The notes under the pieces were generated by a model. The model was not told where the DNA came from, made no database searches, and saw only the letters and a program-made list of their open reading frames with translations. From positions 1 through 64,000 of the IMG/VR virus record IMGVR_UViG_3300017963_000016: a stretch of DNA of 64,000 nt; one strand, 5' to 3'. Numbering within the stretch: position 1 is the stretch's first letter; each line of letters starts with the position of its first letter. The position numbers and the translations under genes are program-made. Of this stretch, positions 46,015 to 55,697 are shown one piece after another. The stretch is from a virus.

Positions 46015-46371
46015 TCAATTCCCCCTTTTTTTTATAGATAAGTAAATCTCATAATAACTCTTAGGATTTCCAATTTCCATAGTTAAATTATTCTTCCTTA
46101 AGAATTTGGCTAATTTATCATATTGCTCTGAAAAGATAATAAATTCCTTAATAAATATTCTATTATCAATTATTTGAATTGAATCTATATATCCCTTAAA
46201 TGCTCTCTTGATAAATTCATTAACATTAATATCCTCATATATTTCCTGGAGATTATTTATTCTCCAATATTTTTTTAAAAACTTTTCTACCAATTCATCA
46301 GGTAATTTTTTCATCTTAATCCTCCTATTAAAAAAAATGAGGAGCAAAGCTCCTTTTATTAAATTATACAT
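46015..46371 (-). CDS. Hypothetical protein
   Basis: Probable start MKKLPDE near 46314. Confidence 0.5.
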   Translation of the reverse strand: MYNLIKGALLLIFFNRRIKMKKLPDELVEKFLKKYWRINNLQEIYEDINVNEFIKRAFKGYIDSIQIIDNRIFIKEFIIFSEQYDKLAKFLRKNNLTMEIGNPKSYYEIYLSIKKRGN

Positions 46372-46865
46372 TGTTGAGGCTCCTGGATTGTAATTCCAAA
46401 TTTAGATTTTATCTTTTTGATATTTAGAGTTTCTAAATCCTCTAACTCTAGCAAAATTACTTTGTCTAAATGGCTTTTACATAGTCTTACTTTCCATGTT
46501 TCGCTAAAGCCATAAGGAAATCTACCAATTTCCTTACAGCCAATTACCTCACATTCATTAAGCTCTGAGTAAATATTATGCTCCACTAATAACCATTCTG
46601 GATTCTCATATCTAGGCTCATTGATTATTTTCTCTTGGAGATGTAATTCACATAACCAAACTTTATTGATTACATCTAAGCCATAAATAGCAACTCCCTC
46701 ATTTTTACAGTAAAAACAGCTAGGCTTATCAGGATTAGGCCCTAGCTCATCGGTCTCAGCCTCTCCAAACATTAAACTATAATGCTTGGAGACTTTAGAT
46801 TTATCCCTGATATTCAATTCTCTCTTACTCAGGCTTACTAATTCCCATTCCTCTATTGAATACAA
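46359..46865 (-). CDS. Protein with two C2CH zinc fingers
   Basis: CFYC...LCELH; CEVIGC...LCKSH. Confidence 0.6.
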   Translation of the reverse strand: MYSIEEWELVSLSKRELNIRDKSKVSKHYSLMFGEAETDELGPNPDKPSCFYCKNEGVAIYGLDVINKVWLCELHLQEKIINEPRYENPEWLLVEHNIYSELNECEVIGCKEIGRFPYGFSETWKVRLCKSHLDKVILLELEDLETLNIKKIKSKFGITIQEPQQCII

Positions 46866-46907
46866 ATTAATTCCTCCAAATTATTTGTTTTGTTAATCTA
46901 TAAGGTT

Positions 46908-47207
46908 TTATATATATCCTTTCTTCTTAAGAAAAGTATATAACTCCTCTATAAGACTTTCTATAGTTTTTTTAATATCTCTTATCTTTATTTCAGATAT
47001 AGAGACTAACTTTTGTAAAACAGATTGATTTAAGGGAATTAAAACCTTAATTGGAGATAAATATTGCTCCAGGCTTATTCTCTTATTAGACTCTGTTATT
47101 ACCGTTATATTATCACATTTAGTTAAAAGCTTTAGAGTATAAGCTAAGTTTATCTCTTTTACTTCTAACTCTTGGTTAAATTCATTCATACTTTTTATTT
47201 CAAACAT
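46908..47207 (-). CDS. Hypothetical protein
   Basis: 99-aa ORF. Confidence 0.55.
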   Translation of the reverse strand: MFEIKSMNEFNQELEVKEINLAYTLKLLTKCDNITVITESNKRISLEQYLSPIKVLIPLNQSVLQKLVSISEIKIRDIKKTIESLIEELYTFLKKKGYI

Positions 47208-47221
47208 GATTATTTAAACTT

Positions 47222-47542
47222 CTATTTTATTCTTGTTAATTCTGGAAATTCTTTAAACATCTTGTTTAATCCATTTTCTAACATCTTTAAAGGAGTTAAT
47301 TTAATAAAACTAAAAATACACATATCCTGAGGAATCTTAAAAATTCCTCCATAAAAGATATAACTAATAACAGCTCTTGTAAATCTCCCTGTATATTGTT
47401 TTTTATCAGGATTATATTCTCTTAAGCATATAAAATCTCCTTTCTTAAAATCCCGATCATTTAATCTAACTTCAAAAGTTTTATTATTTAGTTCAATCTC
47501 TTCATAATATATAGGCCATACTTTTAGTTCATGCTCAGCCAT
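47222..47542 (-). CDS. ASCH/PUA domain protein (DUF3850-like)
   Basis: HELKVWPIYY...KTFEVRLNDRDFKKGDFICLREY...YTGR. Confidence 0.9.
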   Translation of the reverse strand: MAEHELKVWPIYYEEIELNNKTFEVRLNDRDFKKGDFICLREYNPDKKQYTGRFTRAVISYIFYGGIFKIPQDMCIFSFIKLTPLKMLENGLNKMFKEFPELTRIK

Positions 47543-47627
47543 GATTTTTTGCCTCCTGGTTTTTATCTTTAATTTGATTTCCGAACATCCCCTTTCTTTT
47601 ATCCCCTCTTGTTTTTTTTAGCATTAT

Positions 47628-48125
47628 TTATTCCTCCTGTTTATCTTTAGTTTTCTCTTCATTTAGTTCCTCAAGAGGAAATAATTTTAAATCCTCTCCA
47701 TTCAGGATATGAGATTGAAATTTCTGCTTTCCTCCTGCTTTCTTATTTAAGTCAATTGGAGGAATGTGTATCTCAAACATGCCTTTCCTAATAATTGCAG
47801 GAGAAAATTTCTCAGGCTCAGTAATTATCTCAATATAATCTTTCTGAGATAGCTCCTCAAGAATATCAAAAGCATATCTAATTAATTCTATATTAAAAAT
47901 ACTTTTTCCTGGTTTAGAGGTCTCAAAGTCTCCATAAAAGGAGCCTTCACTTCTAGGGCATAATAAAAGAGTATGTGTTTTATTTACTATAACTCCCTCC
48001 ATTTCATAGAAAGTCTCTGATTTTATTCCCATGCCTATAAAATCCTCATTATCATTATTTAATAGGCTTAAAACATAAGTAATCATTTGTTTATCGAATC
48101 TAGGATATTTTTCATTTAAAGGCAT
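47628..48125 (-). CDS. Possible single sliding-clamp (PCNA-like) domain protein
   Basis: FNIELIRYAFDIL...IEI...SPAII...IHIPPI resembles the clamp domain C-terminal pattern; LLCPR earlier. Confidence 0.3.
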   Translation of the reverse strand: MPLNEKYPRFDKQMITYVLSLLNNDNEDFIGMGIKSETFYEMEGVIVNKTHTLLLCPRSEGSFYGDFETSKPGKSIFNIELIRYAFDILEELSQKDYIEIITEPEKFSPAIIRKGMFEIHIPPIDLNKKAGGKQKFQSHILNGEDLKLFPLEELNEEKTKDKQEE

Positions 48126-48643
48126 TAAATTTCCTCCAGAAATTCTTTTACATCTTTTATATTCTTTTTATCAGTAAATAAGAAATCCTTTCCAACATTT
48201 TCTCTAAATCTAAGAAAGTATAGGCAAGATTGAGCAATATGATCGACTAATTGAGTAAGCTCTTGAAAATTCCCTAATTCCTGTTTATCCCAATCCACTA
48301 AGTTAAGCTTTTCATAGGTTATTTTGAATCTTTCTTTCAGATCATTTATATCTGTATTTTTCCAAGAATAACCATTTTTTAGATGTTTATCTTTCAGCCT
48401 ATTAACTATATAAAGGGATACTTTTCTAATTAACATCTCATAAATTCCATAGGTTTTATTATGTTTATCAAAAAATTCAGCCATTAAAGAATCTTCTAAC
48501 AATCTTTCAAATTCATTATTGTATTGTTTTATTATTTCCTGAAATTCATGGATATTAAATTTAAACTCTTGGCCATGATGGTTTGATAAGATAATTTCTA
48601 CTCTTCCTAAATAATTAATGTTTAGATTAATTCTGTAATCCAT
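48125..48643 (-). CDS. Possible all-alpha NTP pyrophosphatase (MazG-like) domain protein
   Basis: KNGYSWK...L.ERF...QLVDHIAQSCLYF. Confidence 0.35.
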   Translation of the reverse strand: MDYRINLNINYLGRVEIILSNHHGQEFKFNIHEFQEIIKQYNNEFERLLEDSLMAEFFDKHNKTYGIYEMLIRKVSLYIVNRLKDKHLKNGYSWKNTDINDLKERFKITYEKLNLVDWDKQELGNFQELTQLVDHIAQSCLYFLRFRENVGKDFLFTDKKNIKDVKEFLEEI

Positions 48644-48706
48644 TTTTTTTCTCAGCCTCTTTTTTTATCTCCTAAGAGTTTAATAAATTAATTTCTTTTG
48701 GTTTTA

Positions 48707-49603
48707 TTATTTTAGCCATTTTTTTTTTTCTCCTGGTATTTTTTCTAAATTTATTCTAATATCTAATATGCTTTTGATAAATTCTGAAAGAAAATTATTA
48801 ATTTTATTAATCTCTAATTTATCCTCAGGATTTCTAACTCCTGATTGAGTATCAATTGAAAAATTGATATTTCCTAATAATTTATAGATTTTCTTTATTT
48901 TCTTATAAATATTTGATTCGTTAAGTCCTCCCGCAAATCCAACATTATAATTAGAATGTAATCCATTATTGAAGACTTTTCTATAAATTTCTTGGTTTTT
49001 ATCTAAATTAATTTCAGCTCCAAAACCTAAGGATTGATCAAAAAGAATATAATCGAAAACTTGATATTTTCTTACAAAATTTTTTAGATTGAAATTCTTA
49101 TGATATTTTCTCCTGAATTGAAATATTATTTTTAATCCTGGAAATCTCTTTCTAATTTTTAAAATCTCTAAAGGATTAGGAGATTCTATATTTAGTTGGA
49201 TTCCTCCAATTAGATTATTTAGATTTACTAATCTCTCTCTTAAGTCTATTGAATTAGCTGAAAATTCCCTCTGTTGTTTTAGAGGAATGGCTATTGGTAA
49301 TTTCAATAATTCTGTTATTTCTTTAGAAAATGCCTGATTATTTTCTGTATAGTAATGAATTGTTTTGAATATTGGTTTGTTAAATAAATAGATTAAATTA
49401 TTATATAATTCTTCCAGAGTTGGTTTTTTCTTACTTTCTAAAGCATAATCCTCAGTTTTGAATTGGTAATTAACTAAATAACCTATCATTCCAAAATGGG
49501 AGAATTGGTTATCTAACAGATTGTAATATTTAAATTTCTTAAAAACAGCCTTAGTTTGACTAAGGGTTTTTACTCCTGTTATACCTATATAATTTTGATT
49601 CAT
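48707..49603 (-). CDS. Phosphoribosylanthranilate-isomerase-like TIM-barrel protein (viral type)
   Basis: YIGITG, IQLN, ILFDQSLGFG, GFAGGL, SIDTQSGVR. Confidence 0.75.
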   Translation of the reverse strand: MNQNYIGITGVKTLSQTKAVFKKFKYYNLLDNQFSHFGMIGYLVNYQFKTEDYALESKKKPTLEELYNNLIYLFNKPIFKTIHYYTENNQAFSKEITELLKLPIAIPLKQQREFSANSIDLRERLVNLNNLIGGIQLNIESPNPLEILKIRKRFPGLKIIFQFRRKYHKNFNLKNFVRKYQVFDYILFDQSLGFGAEINLDKNQEIYRKVFNNGLHSNYNVGFAGGLNESNIYKKIKKIYKLLGNINFSIDTQSGVRNPEDKLEINKINNFLSEFIKSILDIRINLEKIPGEKKKWLK

Positions 49604-49821
49604 ATCTCTATATCTACCTCTATTGAGTAAATTCTAAAAATTGGATTTTTGAGAATTTCTATTAAACAATCCCTGCAAACTAATTCTATTTTTTTTATTT
49701 CAGTTTTAATGGAATAATATTTTGTAATAAACATATCTGTTTGATTATGATTACAAATATTATATTCTGTATTCTCCATTTCCATAAAGTTCTTTTTTCT
49801 TAACCATTCTATTGATCTCAA
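49600..49821 (-). CDS. Small Zn-binding protein
   Basis: CNH...CRDC. Confidence 0.5.
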   Translation of the reverse strand: MRSIEWLRKKNFMEMENTEYNICNHNQTDMFITKYYSIKTEIKKIELVCRDCLIEILKNPIFRIYSIEVDIEI

Positions 49822-50240
49822 TTTCCTCCCTCTTTTGTTTTAAAAAACTCATTAAACTTTATACAGGGTTTATGATCTGAGTTTTTACCTGTAAGATTGT
49901 TATTTAATTTCTGAGAATATTTGGCTGAGCTTGTTATAAACATAAAACCCTCATCCTCAGTATAATATATTAGACAAACAAAATTATCTCTTTTCTCAAA
50001 TCTCTGAGTTGGAATAAAACCATAAAAAACTATATAACCCTCTCCCTCAATTACTCTATCCCATTCGATTGGTATTCCTTTAGAAAAGGCCTCTATTTCC
50101 TCCAAAAGCCATTGCTCTAATTCTTTTAGTATATTACATTGCTTTCCTAAACTCTCTATACAAAAAAGATCATCAATTACTACTCCCTTATGGGAGCAAT
50201 TGGAATGTTTGTCTAAATACGGGCAATTTTTATAATTCAT
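49818..50240 (-). CDS. Hypothetical protein with an N-terminal Cys cluster
   Basis: CPY...CSH...C...C; ITSSAKYS. Confidence 0.6.
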   Translation of the reverse strand: MNYKNCPYLDKHSNCSHKGVVIDDLFCIESLGKQCNILKELEQWLLEEIEAFSKGIPIEWDRVIEGEGYIVFYGFIPTQRFEKRDNFVCLIYYTEDEGFMFITSSAKYSQKLNNNLTGKNSDHKPCIKFNEFFKTKEGGN

Positions 50241-50491
50241 GGCCTAACTCCTGTTTTTTCAAAAAGGTCTAATATTTTTACTCTATTTATATTAGTTAAT
50301 TTATTAAGGAGTTTTACTGAAATTGATAAGTCTTTAAGCTCTTGAATTTTCTCCTGGTTAAAAACCTGATATATATCATTAATATCATTAATAGAGATTT
50401 TTAAACATTCCAGGAAATCATAGTATCCTCCAAAACCAATTTTTCTTAGTAGATTGTCTAATTTATTCCATTCTTCCTTATTTAACTTCAT
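50237..50491 (-). CDS. Hypothetical protein
   Basis: ATGA-coupled ORF. Confidence 0.6.
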   Translation of the reverse strand: MKLNKEEWNKLDNLLRKIGFGGYYDFLECLKISINDINDIYQVFNQEKIQELKDLSISVKLLNKLTNINRVKILDLFEKTGVRP

Positions 50492-51135
50492 AGATCAAAA
50501 TCTTCCTCCTCAGGATTATTCTCTAATTTTTTGAAAATTGTTAAAATTCTTTCTTGATGTTCTATAAGAATGGGAGATTGATTGATTAAGCTCTTTAATC
50601 GGTTTTTCTTATTTTTCTTTCTAAAGCAATTACAACATAATATGTTATTTTCGATAGAGATTTTAAAATCATACTTATTATCTTTTATTTTATTAAAGAT
50701 TTCAAATATAAGAAATAATGCTGTTTGGCTATGTAATTTATCATTACATTTCATACAATAGTTATATTTCTCTGAAAAATCTTTAAATTCTTGATCATTG
50801 ATTTTACAAACTATTTGGAATATACAATACTCACAATATCCTGAGGATAATGTTTCTATTTTATTGATTTCCTTTATATCTGAATTTGTTATGTTCAATT
50901 TCCCTTTAATTGAGTTTATACAATTATCTTTCATTTCAAAATGAAATTGCTCTATATAGTTTTGGCATTTTATATAATCTTCCTCATCTATCTTTAATAT
51001 TGGGAATATCTTATGATTTATATTGAGATTTTCTTTAATTAATTTTATTTTTCTCTCAGTTTCCTCTAATTGCTCATTATAGCTATAAATCATGGCCTCT
51101 TTTATGATATTTATTATTCTTTTCTTATCCCTCAT
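50488..51135 (-). CDS. Zn-finger protein (CxxC...CCxC)
   Basis: CEYC, CMKC, LCCNC. Confidence 0.6.
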   Translation of the reverse strand: MRDKKRIINIIKEAMIYSYNEQLEETERKIKLIKENLNINHKIFPILKIDEEDYIKCQNYIEQFHFEMKDNCINSIKGKLNITNSDIKEINKIETLSSGYCEYCIFQIVCKINDQEFKDFSEKYNYCMKCNDKLHSQTALFLIFEIFNKIKDNKYDFKISIENNILCCNCFRKKNKKNRLKSLINQSPILIEHQERILTIFKKLENNPEEEDFDL

Positions 51136-51142
51136 CTTTATT

Positions 51143-51874
51143 TTATTCCTCCTTTATGTTATGCTCTACTTTATCAGGCTCAGCATTGGCTTTCTTTTTG
51201 AAAATGCCTGTATTTCTCTCATCTCCAAAAGAAATAACATTTTTAATCTTTTTTGAATAACTAGGATTTATATCTTCTTTTGAAAGTTCCTCTTTAAACT
51301 TCCTGGAATAGTAATCATTAAACTCCTCCTTACTAAGCTCTATTTCATGATCTAAATGATTATAAACATATTTTCTTTCAAATAACACATTGAAGTTGGA
51401 GGAGCCATTTTTCAATTTCAAATAGCTGTAAAATTCCTTTCGATAATCAGAGCCTAAGAGTAATTGGAGGATTATAATATCAACATTGGTAAAAATATTA
51501 TCAGTATAAATATAGATGTGATACCCATGCTTAGTATCATAAACCTCTATATCTTTTACAGAAATACCTAAATACTTTATAATCCAGGCTCTATTTAGAA
51601 ATTCATTCAATTCATTCTCAGAATCTAAATCTAACTTAATAATTGGATTCTTTTGCTTTTCAAGAAAAAACTCCAGGTAATTTATAATAATAATGGGTTT
51701 TTTTGTTTCATGATCATTTTTTTCCTGGTTCATAAAATTTGATTCATGAAATTTTGGTTTGAATTTTATTTCTATATCTTCTAAATCAGGGAATTGTTTT
51801 AGAATTGTTTGTTTAACCTCTCCCTGTAAATATTTCTCAATAACTCCTAATATAGTATTTTGAAAGCTCTCCAT
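51143..51874 (-). CDS. AEP (archaeo-eukaryotic primase) superfamily-like protein
   Basis: KLDLD (DxD), DTKHGYHIYI (sxxGxH), LGSD. Confidence 0.45.
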   Translation of the reverse strand: MESFQNTILGVIEKYLQGEVKQTILKQFPDLEDIEIKFKPKFHESNFMNQEKNDHETKKPIIIINYLEFFLEKQKNPIIKLDLDSENELNEFLNRAWIIKYLGISVKDIEVYDTKHGYHIYIYTDNIFTNVDIIILQLLLGSDYRKEFYSYLKLKNGSSNFNVLFERKYVYNHLDHEIELSKEEFNDYYSRKFKEELSKEDINPSYSKKIKNVISFGDERNTGIFKKKANAEPDKVEHNIKEE

Positions 51875-51884
51875 TTTTTTAACC

Positions 51885-52640
51885 TCATTGAATTAAATAT
51901 GGTATATACTTTAATTTTAATTTAATATTTCTTAGCTCAGTTTGGATTTTCTGAATAAAGGCTTTTGTTTTTTCAGTTCCCGGATTATTTAGATTACATT
52001 TTTTAGTGTCAAACCCTAAATAAATTTTCTCAGGATTAATTTGTTTTATTAAATCGAAAAATTCTTCTAAATCAAAATCTAGTATTGGCTCTATGGTTAT
52101 CCTCTTCCTTTCATGTTCAATCTCCAGGAAGTCTTTAAATCTCTTTATTGGTAATGGAGCTTTTGATATTAAATCATATCCTTTTTTTTTAAACTCTTCA
52201 GGAACTTTAAAGTATTCTTTATCTCTATTAGTCTCAAGAGTAATGCCTAATACTGTATTCTGAGGAAAATCATATTTATTAAAACATTCTGGAGCTTTTG
52301 ATTGAAAAAAGAATGTTTTGGCTTGGAGTTTTTTAACTCTTTCTAAAATAATATTTATCCATAGCTCCTCTGAAAAATAAATATCAGAGGAGGAATTAAC
52401 CCAAATAAACTGATCTCCACTAGTTCTAGGTAATGAATCAAATAATCTTTCATAGTGAAAGTGAGGCTCATAGAGATAACATTTACTTTCTCCTAATTCT
52501 TGGTTTATATACCTACAGTTATGCCTCTGTCTTTTCATAGTCTTTTGAAATGATTTACTACAGTATAAACAATCAAATTTACAGCCTATGCAAACATTCC
52601 ATTGTTTTTTAGAATCTGAATACATATTATTCTCAGGCAT
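51885..52640 (-). CDS. Radical SAM / DUF5131 (Gp37Gp68-like) protein
   Basis: WNVCIGCKFDCLYC (CxxxCxxC), SDIYF, QSKAP, GITLET, ITIEPI. Confidence 0.8.
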   Translation of the reverse strand: MPENNMYSDSKKQWNVCIGCKFDCLYCSKSFQKTMKRQRHNCRYINQELGESKCYLYEPHFHYERLFDSLPRTSGDQFIWVNSSSDIYFSEELWINIILERVKKLQAKTFFFQSKAPECFNKYDFPQNTVLGITLETNRDKEYFKVPEEFKKKGYDLISKAPLPIKRFKDFLEIEHERKRITIEPILDFDLEEFFDLIKQINPEKIYLGFDTKKCNLNNPGTEKTKAFIQKIQTELRNIKLKLKYIPYLIQ

Positions 52641-52645
52641 ATTTC

Positions 52646-53089
52646 TTACACTTCCTTATTTTTCTTTTTATTTATTGAATCAAATTTACAGCCAATAATT
52701 ACATTCCAATTTTTTAGTGAATCTGAATAAATATTTCCTATATATACTTTCTCAGGATTAATATTTTTTATGTTGGATAGAACTTCCTCTAAATCAAAAT
52801 CTAGTATTGGCTCTATGGTTATCCTCTTCCTTTCATGTTCAATCTCCAAGAGATCAATACGTTTACAGTTCAGGTATTGTTTTGTAAATAAATATAATAA
52901 TATTGAAGTTAGATAAATAGTATTCAAAAACCAAAAATGATGAGGAGAATAATTCCAATTGAAAGCTTGAGAGGAATTTAATAAGTTAAATATCCATAGT
53001 AAAAGTATTAATAATTGAACACTAAACCATAAAAATAAGAATCCTAAGATTGTTAATTTGATTAATTCTTTTATCCTTTTACTAAGCAT
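52646..53089 (-). CDS. Chimeric 2-TM protein carrying rearranged fragments of the adjacent radical SAM gene
   Basis: 61 bp identical (52788-52848 vs 52066-52126), plus YSDS.K.WNV.IGCKFD copied from the neighbour's N-terminus. Confidence 0.6.
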   Translation of the reverse strand: MLSKRIKELIKLTILGFLFLWFSVQLLILLLWIFNLLNSSQAFNWNYSPHHFWFLNTIYLTSILLYLFTKQYLNCKRIDLLEIEHERKRITIEPILDFDLEEVLSNIKNINPEKVYIGNIYSDSLKNWNVIIGCKFDSINKKKNKEV

Positions 53090-53564
53090 TGGTCAATTTC
53101 CTCCCTTTACATTCCTTAATATGATCATCTAAACATTCATAACAAAATTTTTCCAGGCATTTTTCACAATTATTCATACAGGCATTGCAAAAGTCTTCAT
53201 AACAGTTTTGGCATGTTGCCATACCTAAACACTCATTACATATAGATTTCTTACAATGAGAGCATTTATTCTTATTTCCAGGATTAATATAGTTAGAGCA
53301 ATAATTATTACTACAATAACCTAATAATTCTTGATATTGAATACACACTTCAGGAAGATTGAGTAAGTCTATATATTCCCTAAGAATATTCTTTAAGGAA
53401 TTAATTAAATTGGTATTTCTCTTCCTAAATATCTTATCCAAAAACTCACTCCTTAATTTACAGGAATTTTCCTGGTATTTCTTACAATTACCACATGAAA
53501 AGGGATTAAGATTGTTCTTAAAATCTTGACCTCCATTATTAACAAAAAATTTTAGATTAGGCAT
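53082..53564 (-). CDS. Cys-rich multi-CxxC protein
   Basis: Repeated CxxC...CxxC units. Confidence 0.65.
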   Translation of the reverse strand: MPNLKFFVNNGGQDFKNNLNPFSCGNCKKYQENSCKLRSEFLDKIFRKRNTNLINSLKNILREYIDLLNLPEVCIQYQELLGYCSNNYCSNYINPGNKNKCSHCKKSICNECLGMATCQNCYEDFCNACMNNCEKCLEKFCYECLDDHIKECKGRKLTNA

Positions 53565-53979
53565 TGGCTATTTCCTCCCTTAGCTCTTTAATTTTATTCA
53601 TTTTATCTAAGGTTTCTTTTAATTCAGGAATAGTGTAGTATTTTAAATTATAAATCTTTTCACTATATCCCTTGTTTTTATTGTTATGCTTTTTAATTCT
53701 CCTCTCTGAAAGACTTAATAATTCTGTAAAAAGTTCATACTTACTAGGCTTTTTTGGTTTTGGAGAATAGTAATCTTTAAGGATTTGATATAACAGTTCT
53801 AATTTTGATTGATGTATGATAGTTGATATTCCATTAGAGCAACTTTCTATCTTTTGTCTCTCCTCATCTTTATTCTTATATTTACCATTTAGAATTTCAT
53901 TTTTCCTTTTTTCCAGATAAATAAGATAATCCTCTTCCTCTTTTATTAACCTCATTATTTCTTTTTTACCTAATGGCAT
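53557..53979 (-). CDS. Hypothetical helical protein
   Basis: Coupled ORF. Confidence 0.55.
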   Translation of the reverse strand: MPLGKKEIMRLIKEEEDYLIYLEKRKNEILNGKYKNKDEERQKIESCSNGISTIIHQSKLELLYQILKDYYSPKPKKPSKYELFTELLSLSERRIKKHNNKNKGYSEKIYNLKYYTIPELKETLDKMNKIKELREEIANA

Positions 53980-54220
53980 GATTATCCTCCTTTTTGATTT
54001 TTATTTTATGTAAAATAATTCCAATGGATATTAGAATTATACCTAAGATAAATACTATAATCTCTGCTAAAGTATCTGGATAATTACAAAAACAATAATC
54101 ATACTCATAATCTTTTGGAAAAATGGCCAATATACAAAAACAGCCAAATGTAAAGATTATATTCATGACTCCAAATAAAATTAAAATATTTCTATATTCC
54201 ATTTGAATTATCAACTCCAT
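53966..54220 (-). CDS. Small 2-TM protein
   Basis: Two hydrophobic helices. Confidence 0.55.
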   Translation of the reverse strand: MELIIQMEYRNILILFGVMNIIFTFGCFCILAIFPKDYEYDYCFCNYPDTLAEIIVFILGIILISIGIILHKIKIKKEDNHAIR

Positions 54221-54467
54221 AGATTTTATGATAATGCTCTATACTCATTTCTCCTTTAGCAACTTTTATAAAGTCTTTAAGTCTCTGAGTTATTGGAGAT
54301 TTATTAGTTCCTTTACAGAATGGGCATTTCTCAACATTTATAGGAGCAAATATATATAATCTAAATTCAATCTCCTTTTCATTCACTTTAAACCAATATA
54401 ATTTACACTCAGAGCAATAATAAACCTGGTTTGAAATATTTGAGGAAATATGTTTATGTTTTTCCAT
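54192..54467 (-). CDS. Zn-ribbon protein
   Basis: YYCSECK...CPFC. Confidence 0.6.
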   Translation of the reverse strand: MEKHKHISSNISNQVYYCSECKLYWFKVNEKEIEFRLYIFAPINVEKCPFCKGTNKSPITQRLKDFIKVAKGEMSIEHYHKIYGVDNSNGI

Positions 54468-54791
54468 TAATCTAACATCTCCTTAATTTTATCTTCTAAT
54501 CTCTCATCAATTATTTTATCTATTTTATTTAATGTTTTACACATCCTATTTAAGATATAGTCAAAACACTTATCCTGCTTTCCTTTATTACATATATCAT
54601 AAAATTTACATTTCCATTTTTTACTCATGGTAATTTCACTAAGATTTGGTTATTTTCTAATAATTTTAGCTTAATTGCTCTAGATTTATCTATAGTTGTA
54701 TCAATACCAGGCATTTCATAGATTTTCTCAATAGCCTTATATACCTCAGGGTCGTAGATTCTGAGTAATCCATTATTCTGAAATTTAACTT

Positions 54792-55229
54792 TCATTGTTT
54801 TTGGCCTCCTGGAATTTTATAGGCATATCTATCCTCTTTTGACTTATCAGAATATTTCTCCTCCAATGTTTTAATATTTAAAGCTAATTCATTTACATTT
54901 CTATTGAATACAAATTTAATACAAATGTTAAAATTTCCCTCTAATGAGGAGCCTGTGTATATACAAGATTCATGCTTTAAATTAAAATAAGAGCAACAAT
55001 AACAGCCTAAAAACTCAGTATGAAGTTTATTTCTTTTGAATCTTAAGGAAATTAATGAATCCACTATTATTAAGCCTATTAGCAATACTAAGATATAGCT
55101 ATGAAATTCCATAAATAGCATTAAGGCTAAGATTACTATAAAAATAGTAATTACTATAAGGAAATTTTTAATTTCTTTATTCTCTTCAAACTTCTTATTT
55201 CCATTTACCATTCTCATTATTTTATCCAT
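54792..55229 (-). CDS. 2-TM protein with a Cys cluster
   Basis: TM hairpin then CYCC...C...C. Confidence 0.6.
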   Translation of the reverse strand: MDKIMRMVNGNKKFEENKEIKNFLIVITIFIVILALMLFMEFHSYILVLLIGLIIVDSLISLRFKRNKLHTEFLGCYCCSYFNLKHESCIYTGSSLEGNFNICIKFVFNRNVNELALNIKTLEEKYSDKSKEDRYAYKIPGGQKQ

Positions 55230-55431
55230 TTCTTTCAGCTCCTTTTGATTTAATTACAAGAGGAAGAGCCTGGTAATCCAGGCTCTTTTCTTTCCTCTCT
55301 GAAAAAATACTCTCAATTTGGTTATTACTATGATTTTTTGATAATTGTTTACCTGAGACTTTCTTACTATATTTAAAATAACAAATATCCAGGTATTCTT
55401 TCAATTTTTTAAATAATTTCATTTCTTTCAC
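55222..55431 (-). CDS. Hypothetical protein (3' part of a repeat-split ORF)
   Basis: Starts inside the third 22-bp repeat unit. Confidence 0.45.
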   Translation of the reverse strand: MKEMKLFKKLKEYLDICYFKYSKKVSGKQLSKNHSNNQIESIFSERKEKSLDYQALPLVIKSKGAERNG

Positions 55432-55492
55432 TCCTATTGATAATTTCTTTCACTCCTATTGATAATTTCTTTCACTCCTATTGATAATTTCT
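55421..55492. repeat. Perfect 22-bp tandem repeat, 3.3 copies
   Basis: ATTTCTTTCACTCCTATTGATA at 55421, 55443 and 55465, plus a partial copy. Confidence 0.95.
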
Positions 55493-55697
55493 GATTTGAT
55501 GTAAATTTATGAATATAAACTACTCTTAAATTATGCTCTTCCTTAATCATTTGAATAAGCTCTTGAATATCTAATTCCTCTAAAACCCTATCATGTATCA
55601 TAACTGTTATATCAACTAACTTTAAATCCTCATCTAAAATTTGATCTGTTATTTCATTCTCTTCCCTAATTATTATTTCATTCATTCTTTTTATCAA
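55434..55697 (-). CDS. Hypothetical protein (5' part of a repeat-split ORF)
   Basis: Stops inside the third repeat unit. Confidence 0.55.
   Translation of the reverse strand: MIKRMNEIIIREENEITDQILDEDLKLVDITVMIHDRVLEELDIQELIQMIKEEHNLRVVYIHKFTSNQKLSIGVKEIINRSERNYQ

Noticed and set aside
52021-52848. Diversity-generating retroelement TR/VR pair
   Set aside because: Mismatches between the copies are not adenine-specific on either strand, and no reverse transcriptase is visible in the window.
55421-55492. CRISPR array
   Set aside because: The units are contiguous with no spacers, and there are no cas genes.
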